Position numbers and translations under genes: made by a program. A stretch of DNA of 62,953 bases, the filler included, from Hausera hauseri (Eukaryota): assembly GCA_046269625.1 (NCBI GenBank). It is 10 parts of 10 records of this genome, joined end to end, with 100 filler letters (N's around TTAATTAATTAA, not from the genome) between each part and the next. Parts side by side here need not be neighbours in the genome. Positions count along the whole stretch, not along the records: positions 33,721 to 49,170 come from JBJURY010433248.1; positions 49,271 to 54,128 come from JBJURY010413256.1; 8 more parts are not named here. One strand, 5' to 3'. Shown piece by piece: positions 37,686-50,588 of the stretch (the stretch's first letter is position 1; each line of letters begins with the position of its first letter). The notes beneath the pieces are model-generated. The model ran no database searches, was not told the DNA's origin, and saw only the letters and a program-made list of their open reading frames with translations.

Positions 37686-39227
37686 TTGTTGCAGAGTTGC
37701 CAAAATTTACAAAATAACCCTCCTTTGTTTTCCAGATTGGCTAAAGTAAAGCAGCTGAAGTAATAATTAATTAAAATGAATTAATCCGAGTTTATAAATA
37801 TTTATTCGAGACATTTTTCGAGAGATATCGGAGAAATATTTCTATTTCCCTGTCTCGAATAAATTTTATAAGAAATTAAAACTAAAATAAAATTAAATCA
37901 ATAAATTAGTTATTTAAATCGGTTATTTTAATGTATAAGTTTGGAAATTTTTTATAAACTTACCTTGGTTACAAAGTTACCAATAAAAGATTTTACCACA
38001 TTACATCACGCATATTTTTCAAAATTAAAACCTTATTAAGATTGGAATTTGGGTAATCGATTTTTCAAATATCTCAGTTAACAGGCAAACCCGAAACCTA
38101 ATTAACAGTTATAAATTCGATAATTAAATTTTCAAATATGAATTTCTTTCAATCGCTGAGTTATGCAAAGGAGTTCAAGAAATCAATTAACGAATTCCAA
38201 ATTGCAATGAGAATTTCAGAATTCTAAAATCAGAAAAAATGGTATATAAGCCATAGCCAAAAACACAAAATAACCAATATATTCCGCACTGAAAATCAGA
38301 GCAAATTTTTCGGAAATTAATTCAGAAATAAGTCTTGACCTGAAAGTAATATCTCATTATCACTTTTTATAGTTACGAAGACTATACATAACATAATTAT
38401 TACACAAAAAAGACCAGCAGGTTACAGGATTCGATCACAATTGTCTACGGTATATTGTTGAAATACTGAATTGATCGAATTATTGTCTATTAGTAGTAAT
38501 CCCATTTCCCAATGTACCAATCACTGAATTCACTGTATTCAATTGACATATCTGTGAATCGTCACATAAAATCGACAAAATATAATACTGCACATGTACA
38601 CATATTCTTATTTATAAATTGCTTTTTGCGTTATATATCATCATTAAATCTCAAAATATCCACAATTTACTTTTACACAATCACTAGGTCAAACGTTCAC
38701 TGAAGAGACGATTTCATACACATCGATTTGATTCCAAACTTGTTTAGTATATTAACTAATCTGCACTTTGTTCGACTTTGTAAAAGTTTTTCGTTTGACG
38801 ATTCTGCTATGCTCATTAACATCTTTGAGATTGTTACGTGATAAATCGATCATTTTGCTTCTTGACTAACTTTAATTTTGATTTAAATTTAAAACTAATT
38901 TAAACTCAATATTTAATTTGAATAAAATTTAAATTTAAATGTACACAGATATATTAATTGCTAAAATGACAATTATAATTGAAAATACGGTAATTGAAGA
39001 TAGCAATTTCCATTCTGAAATGGCAATTTTAGACAGAAACATCTGTATTTAATGAGTGAGATACATTTTCCATACATTGAAATATATATTTTATTTATAT
39101 TTTTTATTACTGTAAAATAAATAAAAAATTCTGTGCAATTAATTAAATAAAATTATCAATTAAAAAATTAATTTGTTTCATTATCCATTTTAAACAAATC
39201 CATATAATATCAATCAACCAACAAAAG

Positions 39228-39773
39228 ATGTCAAACAGAAAACCAAAAGGAGCCAAAAACGCCTATTCATGTTTCGTAGAGTCAATTTCAAATGAACTGA
39301 AACAATCCAATCCAGATGAGAAAATTATTATTTCTGAATTAGCAAAAAAATGTTCAGAAAAATGGAAAGAAATGTCAGAATCGGAAAAAGAAAAATTCAA
39401 AAACATCGCTGCTCAAGATAAAGAACGATTCAATAAAGAAATGGAATCGTATGTTCCTACAGAAACAAGGAGAAAGAGAAAAGCAAAGGACCCGAACAAA
39501 CCGAAGAAACCGAAAAGTAGTTATATGTTTTTCTGTGATGAAAAGAGACCGAATGTCAGAGAATCAAATCCTTCTTGGAGCATTCTGGAAGTGACAAAAG
39601 AATTGGGTCGATTGTGGAGAGAAGTGCAGGATAAAAGTAAATATGAAACCTTAGCCAAAGCAGCAAAGGAAAAGTATGTTGAGGACATCAACAATTATGA
39701 AAATGGAAATTCAAATTCGAAGAAGGCAAAAGTAAGCAGTCAAAACAGTGAATCAAATTCTGACGACATCTAA
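39228..39773 (+). CDS. HMGB-like protein with two HMG boxes and a short tail, intronless
   Basis: KPKGAKNAYSCFV...KKCSEKWKEMSESEKEKF...DKERFNKEM (box A); KDPNKPKKPKSSYMFFC...VTKELGRLW...KYE (box B); AATAAA near 39793. Confidence 0.92.
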   Translation: MSNRKPKGAKNAYSCFVESISNELKQSNPDEKIIISELAKKCSEKWKEMSESEKEKFKNIAAQDKERFNKEMESYVPTETRRKRKAKDPNKPKKPKSSYMFFCDEKRPNVRESNPSWSILEVTKELGRLWREVQDKSKYETLAKAAKEKYVEDINNYENGNSNSKKAKVSSQNSESNSDDI

Positions 39774-40424
39774 AATTTGTCTTTTAATTTGTAATAAAAT
39801 TATTTCTTAATTTTTTGCTCTTCTGCTGTATTTTTATTTCTAATTAATTTTGAATTATTATGAAGATTATTATGAAAAATTCTTATGAAGACAATGTCAC
39901 ATTATCAGCGATTCTTTGAGTTAAGCTGTGTCGCTTCATGAAACACATAAACCAGTCAGTGCCAGGTAAGTTATTTTGGAATCGTGAATCAGTAATGCCT
40001 AATTTAACTATGAATTCTAACAAGGAACATTTCGTTAGAGCAGAAAGGGATGGCAATCTATTAAATCAAATGAAACTTAGCTTTAAGATAGGTTTACAAT
40101 TTTATCAAAATATACAGCTGCTTTTGGTGGACACCTAAATAAAAAAATTTACCTGACATGACTATAATAGATTTTGTTGTATCACAAAATTTTATTCGAT
40201 GTTTTAGTCGATAAACGTTCATGCGAGTGTGTATGATTTGATGCGTATTCATACTTTAAAATTTTTTCTATGAATGCAAATTTTAACTATGAATATTTTC
40301 TGCAATTTTGCAAGAGTATCAAAAAAGTATTAAATTTTAACGTACTAATTGTTGGACATTGACTAATTCAGATGCGATTCGGTGAGCACTTAAGAAACGA
40401 TTTTCTTCACATTTTCGGGTTATG

Positions 40425-40556
40425 CTTCTATCAAACTATCACGAGTTATAAAATGGCACCAATAGTTCTTACGCTTTTTTGCACTTGGCTCAAAATTAGG
40501 CATATTGACAAGTTGACAACATCCAGCAGTTGTATTTTTGGATGATTCAGTTGTGT
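40425..40556 (+). repeat. Dispersed repeat copy 2 (~130 bp)
   Basis: Direct match to 35763-35892. Confidence 0.85.
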
Positions 40557-40774
40557 TCGACGCTGTCCGCCCTGCTGGAACATTTTTTGCGTTTTGAAAA
40601 TTATCGTCACACCACAGTGTCATGCAATCTTCGTAAACATATTGTTGAAGTCGGTATGTTTCGCGGTTTCGAGGAATAAATTGATGTGGCAATAACATTA
40701 CCGCTGCGTAATCGTCCAGACCAGTTCTCGTCAAACCCATTTATTACGGTTATAGATTTTAATTTACAAAATTC

Positions 40775-40963
40775 CTAATATGTCAGACTGGACTTTCTTT
40801 CATCACCATCATCATTACCGGAACCCTGATGCCAGTAAATATGATTGAACCGCGGTAAATGAAAAATGTCACGATAATTCTGCAGTAATTTACAATCAAA
40901 GTGTGTTTTGCCACTTCCACTGGGACCTACAATCTGGAAAATTGCATTATTCTCTAGCTTCAT
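40775..40963 (-). pseudogene. N-terminal fragment of Polinton-type packaging ATPase (A32/FtsK-like)
   Basis: FQIVGPSGSGKTHF..KLL...DIF...FNHIYW matches the Walker A region of Polinton ATPases; truncated before Walker B. Confidence 0.7.
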
Positions 40964-42315
40964 GTTAATAATAATAAGACACTTTTCGCCTCATGTTTTT
41001 GTTTATATTCACGCCACCCACATATAAATATTGCTACAGCATGAACACTGTTTCCATAATGTTAGACAATATCAACTATCGCGGACATGTTACAGAGTGT
41101 TTTGACGCGTTGCCATTTAATCAATGGAAGCCGAGGCAGTATGTCCACAAATGTCCACCGGATTTTACGTGCATCATATTTCAATAGGGCAAGTGTCGTA
41201 TTACTGGTTGTTGCAAACCAATCACAACTGAAAATAATACAACAACAACAATTACCATTCGGAATTGTCATTGACCGAATTCAATCAATAACGGTAACGA
41301 CTCAGTTAGATTTCCATCAATCAATCAATCTGTACAAATTAGCAATGGCTACAGAACGTATTTATGAGATCGATCTGTTTTCCGCACTGAGACTGACACT
41401 GTTTCGTCCATTGTATGTCAATGTGTTTAGCAATTGAAAAATTGTCATACTTGGTATTCCGGCAATAGATTATGAAACGACTGTTAACCAAATTAAAAAC
41501 CATGTAAATGTTTAGTGAATCAAAATAATGTACTGTGCGCAACAAACTGCAAATACCACTCTCATGTTCGTTCAGACATTTCTACTACTATGGAAGACGA
41601 CAATAAAACAATACTACTCACTGGTGATAATCATGAAGAGGAGAATTCAGATTGGTCGTGGTTGTCTGGTGGGAAAAGGACAATGTCAAAATTTTGGAAC
41701 CGAAAATAGAACCTGCCTAATAATCAATAGCAAAACCGTTGCCAAAGTGGCAAGTGGGAATGATTGGCAGTGGTAGAATGTGCAAACAAAAATTAAAGCT
41801 ATCGGCTCGTCAAACACCGACATTTTTACCAAAACGACTTTTCCGAAAGTATGAAATGCATTTTCTGCAGTCGTCCGTACAGGTTTCGTTGAATGATCCC
41901 ATGTCGTTGAAGGCAACCACGTACAGTTATCGTGTAAAACGGCTGTCGGGTGAAAATTTGGATAAACTCACTGATGCATAGCATGAATTAAACGTCGATT
42001 TAAAATTGAATGAAACGGCCCTACAACAGCAATCTGTCGTTTTACTAGCCGTAAAAGCTAAATTGCTTGATTTTTTCGGTCGATAAATGTCTAATGTACT
42101 TAATGATGATTTAAACTGTCGATTGAACATTGAATTTCAAGGATATAGAGAAAAAGACTGTCAAAAGCCCGATCTGGAGTATGGCCGAAGCATATTTTAA
42201 TTATCATTAAATGTTGTTGTTGTTGTTGTTTTACTATTTTTCGTTCTTGAACCAAATTGTCAATTATAAATATACGTGTAATTTTAATATTGGTATAGGA
42301 ATAAGAATAATGATA

Positions 42316-42402
42316 ATGAATGATATAAAAATTATTTTGACAGACGAACGTGCTTCTGTGCCAAGACGTGTTACGGTAAACAGTGCCAGCTACGTGTTTT
42401 CT
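42316..42402 (+). pseudogene. Possible N-terminal dUTPase fragment
   Basis: MNDIKIILTDERASVPRRVTVNSASY resembles the dUTPase start (..A..P.R.T..SAGYDL); cut off by the repeat starting near 42425. Confidence 0.4.
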
Positions 42403-42424
42403 AATGTCAATACGACAATTGCAG

Positions 42425-43275
42425 ACATATATTTCCCATATATTACAGATATCACATATATTTCCCCACATATTAGCCATGTCACATATATTTTAATGGT
42501 AGGGTAAATTCGGCACTGTATATTGTTGCCGACATGTTGCACTTGTATTGCCAACATACTGCATTTGTACATTTGTTTTAATGCATTAATTGCATGAACT
42601 TGCCACATAATTTGAAAATTGATTAATTTAAACAAAACTCAAGGTAAACCTTACTCACATACACACATGCATGAATCCGTGATTACGCTACTTGTATTAC
42701 CATCGTATTGCATTTGTCTTGTTAACGTGTTGCATTTGTGCATTTGTTTTAATGCAACAAGTGAATAAAGTTGTTTTGCCCGCCAAATTTGAATTTTGCA
42801 TCATCACCTCGAAATTCACAGTGTAACAACATATGCACACCTGAATTTATCGATTTTCGAGTATTAAATTATTAGAATATTGGACTTGTGAACCGATATT
42901 TGAACTTCTGACGTCATAATCAAATTCCCCATAGGTAATTTCCTGTCTACCTACGCTTAAAGATTTATCGACTTTTGCACCCTCCACCTTGAAAATCACG
43001 GTTTAAGTTATTTAAAACACAGGTTAAATTTGATTTTTTTAATGTTAATTTACTCGGTAACGATTCATCAAACGTGGCCCATTTTGCTTGTGTAGAAGGT
43101 TTTGTAACATGGGGAATCGAACGACGTCATCAGATTTTTCGATTGTCGGACGCTTGACCAAGTTTTCGAGTTCGAATCGATAATTAATCGATTTTGAATA
43201 ATATATTCGATTATGTGGCATCGATTTCAGGATCTCTATATACTGTTTCCTATCTATCTGCGCTTAAAGATTTTT
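42425..43275 (+). repeat. Non-coding interspersed repeat, copy 1
   Basis: Collinear, diverged match to 48290-48935 (e.g. TATTAGCCAT..CACATAT, GCATTTGTGCATTTGTTTTAATGC, TTTTTTAATGTTAATTTACTCGGTAA..ATTCATCAAACG, GAGTTCGAATC.ATAATTA). Confidence 0.88.
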
Positions 43276-44831
43276 CTATTTTCAACATTTAAGTACAATT
43301 TTATCGATTTTTATACTTTTTGACTAATGAAAACCTTGTTCAATTGATTATATCTTAACACCCATTCAACTTGCAGAAATGGTCAGTATCTCATTTTATT
43401 CACCTTGAAGTGCCTCATCCTCCAAAATGGGTGTCGATCCATTTCCTATAAAGATGATAAAATCAATGTGGGTAATCGATTTTTTTGCATAATGTTCTTT
43501 GAAATACAAAAGTCACCCCCGAACGTTGACTTGGATGATGTAAGTCGTTCAGAATCAACGTGATGAGGATAGTTCGATGATCAGTGTCGACTGAAAAGTT
43601 CATAGATCACATGTTTATTAGCGCAAATTAATTATAGGAATATTGAGGTTGTTCTAATGAATTATTAAAGTCATGTCAATGCCTATTGACAATGCCTGTT
43701 TTGTAGATGAAATTCATGAAAACGTTAAACTGGTTCAAGACGTAATTGTCAAATCTCTGTCAGACACTCTTTCCCGTATTATTTCCAAACGAAATGAAAT
43801 TTGTTTTACAGAAATGTTAAATGCTTATTGGTATAGCAATCAAAAATCAACTATTGAACAGGAATGTTTTGAAGTATAGTTTTCGTTTAATATAATTTCA
43901 CTGTATTTCAAATCGGCCTATGATGAATAAACTTTTTATCATCAATTTACATATTTTAGATTTCACCTATATCATCCGAATATATCAGCCATTTATATGT
44001 TGGTTCCTATTCAACATAAACTGTCAGCATAAAAGTAAAAAGCGCTGTTTAAAATTTGAATTGAATTTACAATTCTGAACGCATTTTGTATGCTCGTTTG
44101 ATTTTAATAAGGTACCTGGATTTTTTCAAGTTTTTGTGTTTTGTTTACTTTTCTGTAATTTTATATTTTTATGCAATTTTTTATAATTACTATTTAGATT
44201 ATTCGACTTTATTATGGGACTATTTTATTAAAAAAGATTAAGTTTTTTATGATTTTATTAAATGTATTCTGAGTTTTGTTCATATGCTGTACTAGAATTT
44301 TGTTCTGGTTTAGTTTGTTATAATAATTTGGTGTAAAAATCGATGCAAAAATCGATAGGGTAATTAATTCTTATTCGTATACACTTAATCGCATTAAATT
44401 GCCTTTAATCAGTCCAGAGATATGTCGATTTTACGTTATTACACAATTACAAATATCTCTGCATGTATACAACATTTTGTGTGGATTTTGGATGGTGCGA
44501 TCGCAGGATAGACATAGGTGATTAACTATAAAGTAAATTTTTGCACACATCGTACAGAGAACATGTTGACAGGGAAGGACAACAAATGTATTCATCACCA
44601 ATGTGCCACATATTGAGCAAAATTCGCATTCTCGTCTACAACAAGGGCAAATAGACTGTCCAGCTAACCATGTTGATATACACTGTTGGCAATATTAGTG
44701 GTTACAAGGTAATATAATTGATGCCGATGGCATGTCTTCGAAACAGATAGGGCAGATTTCTATAAAATATTTACACTCAAATTTCATATTAATACATTAA
44801 ATCTTATATTTATTAAATATCACGTTATTAT

Positions 44832-45059
44832 TCATAATTCCTTTAGTTCATACAACAATATGTTTAATTCTTCAATATCTCGACATAAGAGATGATAATC
44901 TTTATCCAATGTAGCAATATCCAATTCAATACCTTCTTCACAGGAGCTGCATTTGAATTGGTGATCCTCTTCTCCTAATTCCGTGATGAATCTACATAGG
45001 GGGCAGGAATTCCGTTTTTCAATTATGGTCGAATGTCTCCGGCATATGATACAAACTAA
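44832..45059 (-). pseudogene. Cys-rich zinc-finger/RING remnant
   Basis: Manual translation LVCIICRRHSTIIEKRNSCPLCRF...KCSSCEEG...YHLLCRD; no start codon in frame. Confidence 0.5.
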
Positions 45060-45514
45060 AATTTAATATTATCATAATATTATTCGTATGACAAACATAT
45101 TTAAATGGATATCGACATATATCTATTCATATTTTATCGACTACTAGTAATTTTCATTGTCTGCCTAATTAATGGATTTTACTCCTGATATCAAAACATA
45201 AACTAAGTATGGTGACTGTCCTCCCTCATCTATTATTATCAAACCCAAGCACCAATATTCTGGTATAATATACTATATCCTTTGTTACTTGATTCTATCA
45301 ATACATGTTCCTTTGGATCCCAACACATGAAACTTACTAAATTACTTTCCATTAAATTAATACGTTAATTACACGATTTTTATTACCACACCAGTTGCAT
45401 CCATGACATCAAAATAGGCATGTTCTAACCTTGTTTTTCTTTTCCAATTGTTAATTTCAATTATCAACTATCATTAACCACCAAAACAATATAGGATATT
45501 TATTATCATATATT

Positions 45515-45877
45515 TCATATGATCATATGTATCAACCCATTCGGGCCAACCAAGTAGAGGGGATTTGGGTCCTCCTCGATTCTTTCTTCTTCCTCATCCG
45601 GAATGACTACAACTGTGTTGCCAAGACAGTTAAAGCTTGTTACTTTCCGCCGACAGAATGGGCAATTCTGATGCCTGCTTAACCAGGTGTCGGCACAAAA
45701 TACACAGGTGAAGTGCGTGCATCGAATAAAAAGGGCATATCGAAGGCATATCGGGTGGAAACATATTCCACACTCCACGGCGTTGGACTCTGTAATAAAG
45801 AAAAACAAATCAAAATGTTTCCTCTGTTTTACTTCGATATCACTATTATGTGAAGGGATGCTCCTCACTCGGGGCAC
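45515..45877 (-). CDS. Small intronless C3HC4 RING-finger protein
   Basis: CGIC...RCTHFTCVFC...NCPFCR gives a complete C3HC4 pattern in a 120-aa ORF (non-ATG start in the track; true start uncertain). Confidence 0.7.
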   Translation of the reverse strand: MPRVRSIPSHNSDIEVKQRKHFDLFFFITESNAVECGICFHPICLRYALFIRCTHFTCVFCADTWLSRHQNCPFCRRKVTSFNCLGNTVVVIPDEEEERIEEDPNPLYLVGPNGLIHMII

Positions 45878-48289
45878 CAGATTATATGTTATGGACTTTT
45901 GTTCGTTTGTCCAAAAACTGTTAAATTATTTTGAAGTCGAATCCATAACATATAATGTTAAATTTATGAGAAATAAAATTGTCTGAAGGTAGTGAATTCA
46001 TGTGGCGGTTTGGTAAACATTGTTACCTGCGCCTATAACAAAGGGTTTTCCTTCAATTTCCTTAATTATAAAAGTTTCCTCTAATTAATACGCCGACCAT
46101 TTTCCTTATCAAATTTATGTCCAATAAGTCCTTCAGGTAATGCTTCGGAAAACCCTTATACCTCTCTTCTTTAAATTAATTCATGTTTGTTTATAATTCT
46201 CCTCCAACAATTTCTTGTTCACTCATTCGTCTTGAATATTCTATGGAACGACTAAGTTCTATAACATAATTCATTATCTCTGATGTTTATCTTCTGGTAT
46301 CATATATTACTATCCCATAAATATATTTCAATTACTGAGGTTGTTAGTATTTAGGGAGTACCTTGTGTAACCTTGTTATCTGACATTCAACTTTCGATCA
46401 TATTTAAATGACTATCTAATATTGATTCTGTTTTGGGATTTTGTGTCAAAGCAGACAATATAACTATTACGATTTTTGATGAAAGAATTATTAAACCCGC
46501 ACAAATATAATGCTAACCGTAATATTTTTGCTTAAAATACAAGAGTTATTTGTTCTAATTCACACATCAGTTCATAATATGTTATTTATATAAGACTTTA
46601 ATTATCATTATACATAATAAAATTTAATTCCACCTTAGATTAATTGTTTTATTATGAATTCAATTTTACTAAAGTTCCTTGATTTAATCCTTTTAGTCCA
46701 TAATTCGTACTAACAATTATTCATTTATACTCTGTACTCATAATAGATAAATATGTAAGCAGAGAAATCTTTCATCTTGCTGTAATCCACATTGTATTGA
46801 AATCCATTTGCATTCTCTTATCCTTCGGTTTACTTCTTTACAATATAATGATCAGGCATTCTATTCTTTCGAACTTTATTAAATTTTAGAGAAGATAATT
46901 GTACAATGACGTCAACTTTCCACCTGATTGATTCTGTATTTCTTATACATACCGACCTGCAGGAATTGTTTTATCATGATTTATCAGTAATTTCTGACCA
47001 TACTACGGATCATTGCTGAATATACCAAATCCACTGAAATTTGCTATAATAGGTCATATTCTTTTGAATGGGTTATCTGTACAAAATTTCTCCCACAATT
47101 GTACATTGCAACTAAGAATAAGGCTGAAATTCATTAAAGTTATTCCAATCAGCAATGTACTGACAATTTCACATTTAATATTATTTATTATATAACAAAA
47201 ATTTACATAAGTACACAATTTGAGACGGTTCGAATTTATTTTATGATGTGATATATATAAAATAAAAAGGAATATAACTCTTTTATTACCATGACTTTCT
47301 TCTTGCTGTTCCGGATTGTTCCTTTGTTGATCGGACATTTTCAAGTTAATATCGAGTATCAGAAATGAAGTAGCAGTTCCTCAATTAATCTATAATTCTA
47401 TTTTTCTTTAAAATTATTTTCAGGTCAATGATGATATTAGCTTCTTCAGTATCAATTCAAATATATAAGTATTCAGGAAGAATATTTTTCGTTGTCTGGT
47501 TTTGTGTCCTGTAAATATAGGTGTTACTGATCGGTTTATATACTGGTCTTCTAGTTCTTCTAGAATTTTCCTAATAGATTGTAACACATGTTCTTCTCTA
47601 TTTTCTATTCAATCTAGCAATTACCAAATTGCTTTTATCGATTTTTTAAATTGCAATTCGCTTTGTAACGTGTGTTCGACCCAGTAATTACCAATTTGCA
47701 TTTATTGATTTTTAAATTACAATTTGTGCTTCTTAATCGAATCACTAATTTTCCACTGTATTTCGTAAAATGACATATGTTACTTAATCTATTGTATTTT
47801 CGCAAAATAACATATGTTGCTTAATTATGTTTAAATTATAAATGGTGTTCTTATTTTATTTAATAATGTTCCTAAATTTATGTGCGATTTGAAACCGAAT
47901 ATTGTTTGCTTCCAAATGAGTTTCAATCCATAACCGTCCCTATTCAAGATTTTGGTTCACAATATACATGTACATGAAGCAGTTATTTTAAGATACCCAT
48001 CAAAAGCTTTGACAAAAGAAAAGGTAAAAGAAATAAAGACAAAATGGTCTATTTAATCCAAAATTTAATTACAATTTCAAGTAAAATTGTCAAGACATAA
48101 AATAATGTGATCGAATCAATCGAACTGAGTATTGTCAAGTCATAATGTAATCACGACAATCAAGTCACATCGAATTGTTAAATGAATGTAATTGTTAAAT
48201 GAATGTGATCGAATCGGTTGAATCGGGTAGGGTAACGACCTCTTACATGGCTCATATATTGGCCATATTTTACATGTATTATCCATATT

Positions 48290-48935
48290 TTACTTGTATT
48301 ACCCATATATTTCCTATATCACATATGTTTCCCTTATATTAGCCATATCACATATTTTAACGGTAGTGTAAATTAGGCATTATATATTGTTGCCAACATA
48401 TTGGACTTGTATTTCCAACGTGTTGCATTTGTGCATTTGTTTTAATGCGTCAATCAAATTGTCTTGTCCGCCAAATTTGATTAATCACCTTGAAATTCAC
48501 AGTGAAACAACATGTACACACAACATTATCGATTTTCGAGTATTAGATTATTCGACTTGTGAACTGATATTCGAATTTCTGACCTTATTATCGGACTCCA
48601 CATACATGTTTTCCTATGTACGCACGCTTAAAGATTTGTCGACTTTGGCACTCTTCACCTTGAAAATCAAGTTAATTAAAGCACTCACACTTGTGAAATT
48701 TTTTAATGTTAATTTACTCGGTAAGCATTCATCAAACGGAGCCCATTTTATTTTCCTACAAGGTTTTGTCATATGAAGAATCGAATGAAGCCATCAGGTA
48801 CTTCGAATAATTTACGCTTGATCGAGTTTTTGAGTTCGAATCAATAATTATTTGATTTTGAATGTTCAAATATCTGGTATCTGATTGGGATTCCCTATAT
48901 ATTGTTTCCTATTTACCTATGCTATTAGATTTATC
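48290..48935 (+). repeat. Non-coding interspersed repeat, copy 2
   Basis: Direct-orientation match to 42425-43275, lacking an internal duplicated block. Confidence 0.88.
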
Positions 48936-49170
48936 CATGTCAGTGTGATTCACTTTCATATTCGCAATTTAAAATTGCCCAATTAATTAAAACAAATAAG
49001 CACCGTTATATTATATAATATTTATTACATAATTTTAACATATTAACAAACCTTGTTTTAATCGGCAACGGTGCACTGCATGGCGCTAACTTTGATTCCT
49101 TTATAGGCTTTCGCATATCGAGAATCTATTGTACTGATCACATTCTTCGAATAACGTATGCTTGATCAAG

Positions 49171-49270
49171 NNNNNNNNNNNNNNNNNNNNNNNNNNNNNN
49201 NNNNNNNNNNNNNNTTAATTAATTAANNNNNNNNNNNNNNNNNNNNNNNNNNNNNNNNNNNNNNNNNNNN
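49171..49270. other. Artificial contig spacer
   Basis: Same linker. Confidence 0.98.
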
Positions 49271-49386
49271 GCCAACCAGAAAGAAGCGCAAAGAGTTTCT
49301 ACCAATCAGCGCAGACCACGGTCCCATTTATACGCGTGTTGCTCGGTAGTGTGATCTAACTGAAATGGCGCGCACAAAGCAGACAG
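49271..49386 (+). promoter_or_regulatory. Histone H3-like promoter and first 7 codons (MARTKQT)
   Basis: CCAAT at 49302-49306 (CCAAC variant 30 bp upstream), TTTATA at 49327-49332, ATG GCG CGC ACA AAG CAG ACA G at 49365-49386 = H3 N-terminus plus the first base of the Ala codon. Confidence 0.65.
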
Positions 49387-50588
49387 AAATTGACTCCTTG
49401 ACTGTTTTTGCTGAGGAGGCTCTGGAAGATGGACGCGTCCATAAACCTGGAACCGTCTCTATAACCTTGTCAGGCGCTCAGGCCACCAAAGTGACATACA
49501 AAGACATGGCAGCTTTCCTGCTAGGACCAGTAGGTATAACTCCAAGCGGACTGGCGACGCTATACCGGTTCGAAAATCCAAATAAATGGTACATTACCCT
49601 GACACAAGCTGCGCACATCCGCCTGTACGAACAACTCCACGGCCAGAACCACCAATGGCATAGCCATAACCTCAACGTACAGCTCGAGCATTACGAAAAA
49701 GAAAGGACAAAAGGAACCCTACACTGGCTACCACCCGGCCTAAAAGCCCACATTGCCAAACGAGTTGCTGCCCAAATCTCCGGAGACACTGACGCTGAGG
49801 TCACCCCTGTCAACAACTACAGCGACAAGTGGAATTTTACTTGTCGTCCAACAAAAGAGATACCGTATAACTTTTACCTGCGAATCCCTGACACTCCAGA
49901 CAAAGAATTTAAAATATCAATCACAATACCAGGCAGACGAACCCCATGTAATATATGCGGCACGACCGAACACTGGACAAACCAATGTCCACACAAAACA
50001 AGACGTCAACCTGCTGGCCCAGCTACAACACAGCCAGAGACAGCCACGAATATCCCAAGGACATCCAGACACACAACAACCCAATCAGCAATGACCAGCC
50101 AGGAAGACGCGGAAAACACTGAACGATCGGACTTCAAAGACAACCCACAAGGTCTCCTCCTAGAAAGCCTTAATAAAGAAAACAATTTGGACATTTGCCC
50201 AATTACACCATCGTTGCAGATCAGCAGTGAAAGTGAAGACGAAGACCCACCAAGAACCAGAGACACAAACTTGGATAGATTTACAGAGGTGCTCTCCAAG
50301 AAGGCGAAGAGAGCCCGTCAACGTTCTGCACAACGACAAGCCCCTGCCACGAAGTGCAAAGCGGTGTCCAACAGAACAATATCACCAAGCCCGTCACGAC
50401 GCCCCTCAAACGGAACCAGGTCACAGTCCAGACCGACACGGAACCTACCCAGTGAACAGCCAACGACTACAGAGCCAAGCACGATTGACATGGAAGCAAT
50501 AATAAACTTTGATCCAGATACGTACGACCAACCAATCCAGCCAAGCAAGCCATGGGACAACCAGATGGACCAAGAAGAACCCGAGTAA
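49365..50588 (+). CDS. L1/Tx1-type ORF1 protein (RRM-like N-terminal region, CCHC knuckle, disordered tail)
   Basis: Intact 407-aa ORF upstream of an APE-RT ORF2; CNICGTTEHWTNQC zinc knuckle; low-complexity S/T/P/R tail. Confidence 0.85.
   Translation: MARTKQTEIDSLTVFAEEALEDGRVHKPGTVSITLSGAQATKVTYKDMAAFLLGPVGITPSGLATLYRFENPNKWYITLTQAAHIRLYEQLHGQNHQWHSHNLNVQLEHYEKERTKGTLHWLPPGLKAHIAKRVAAQISGDTDAEVTPVNNYSDKWNFTCRPTKEIPYNFYLRIPDTPDKEFKISITIPGRRTPCNICGTTEHWTNQCPHKTRRQPAGPATTQPETATNIPRTSRHTTTQSAMTSQEDAENTERSDFKDNPQGLLLESLNKENNLDICPITPSLQISSESEDEDPPRTRDTNLDRFTEVLSKKAKRARQRSAQRQAPATKCKAVSNRTISPSPSRRPSNGTRSQSRPTRNLPSEQPTTTEPSTIDMEAIINFDPDTYDQPIQPSKPWDNQMDQEEPE

Noticed and set aside
47619-48230. Short duplicated motifs as a CRISPR-like or regulatory array
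   Set aside because: Only two-copy imperfect tandem duplications in AT-rich eukaryotic DNA; no regular repeat-spacer structure and no cas genes.
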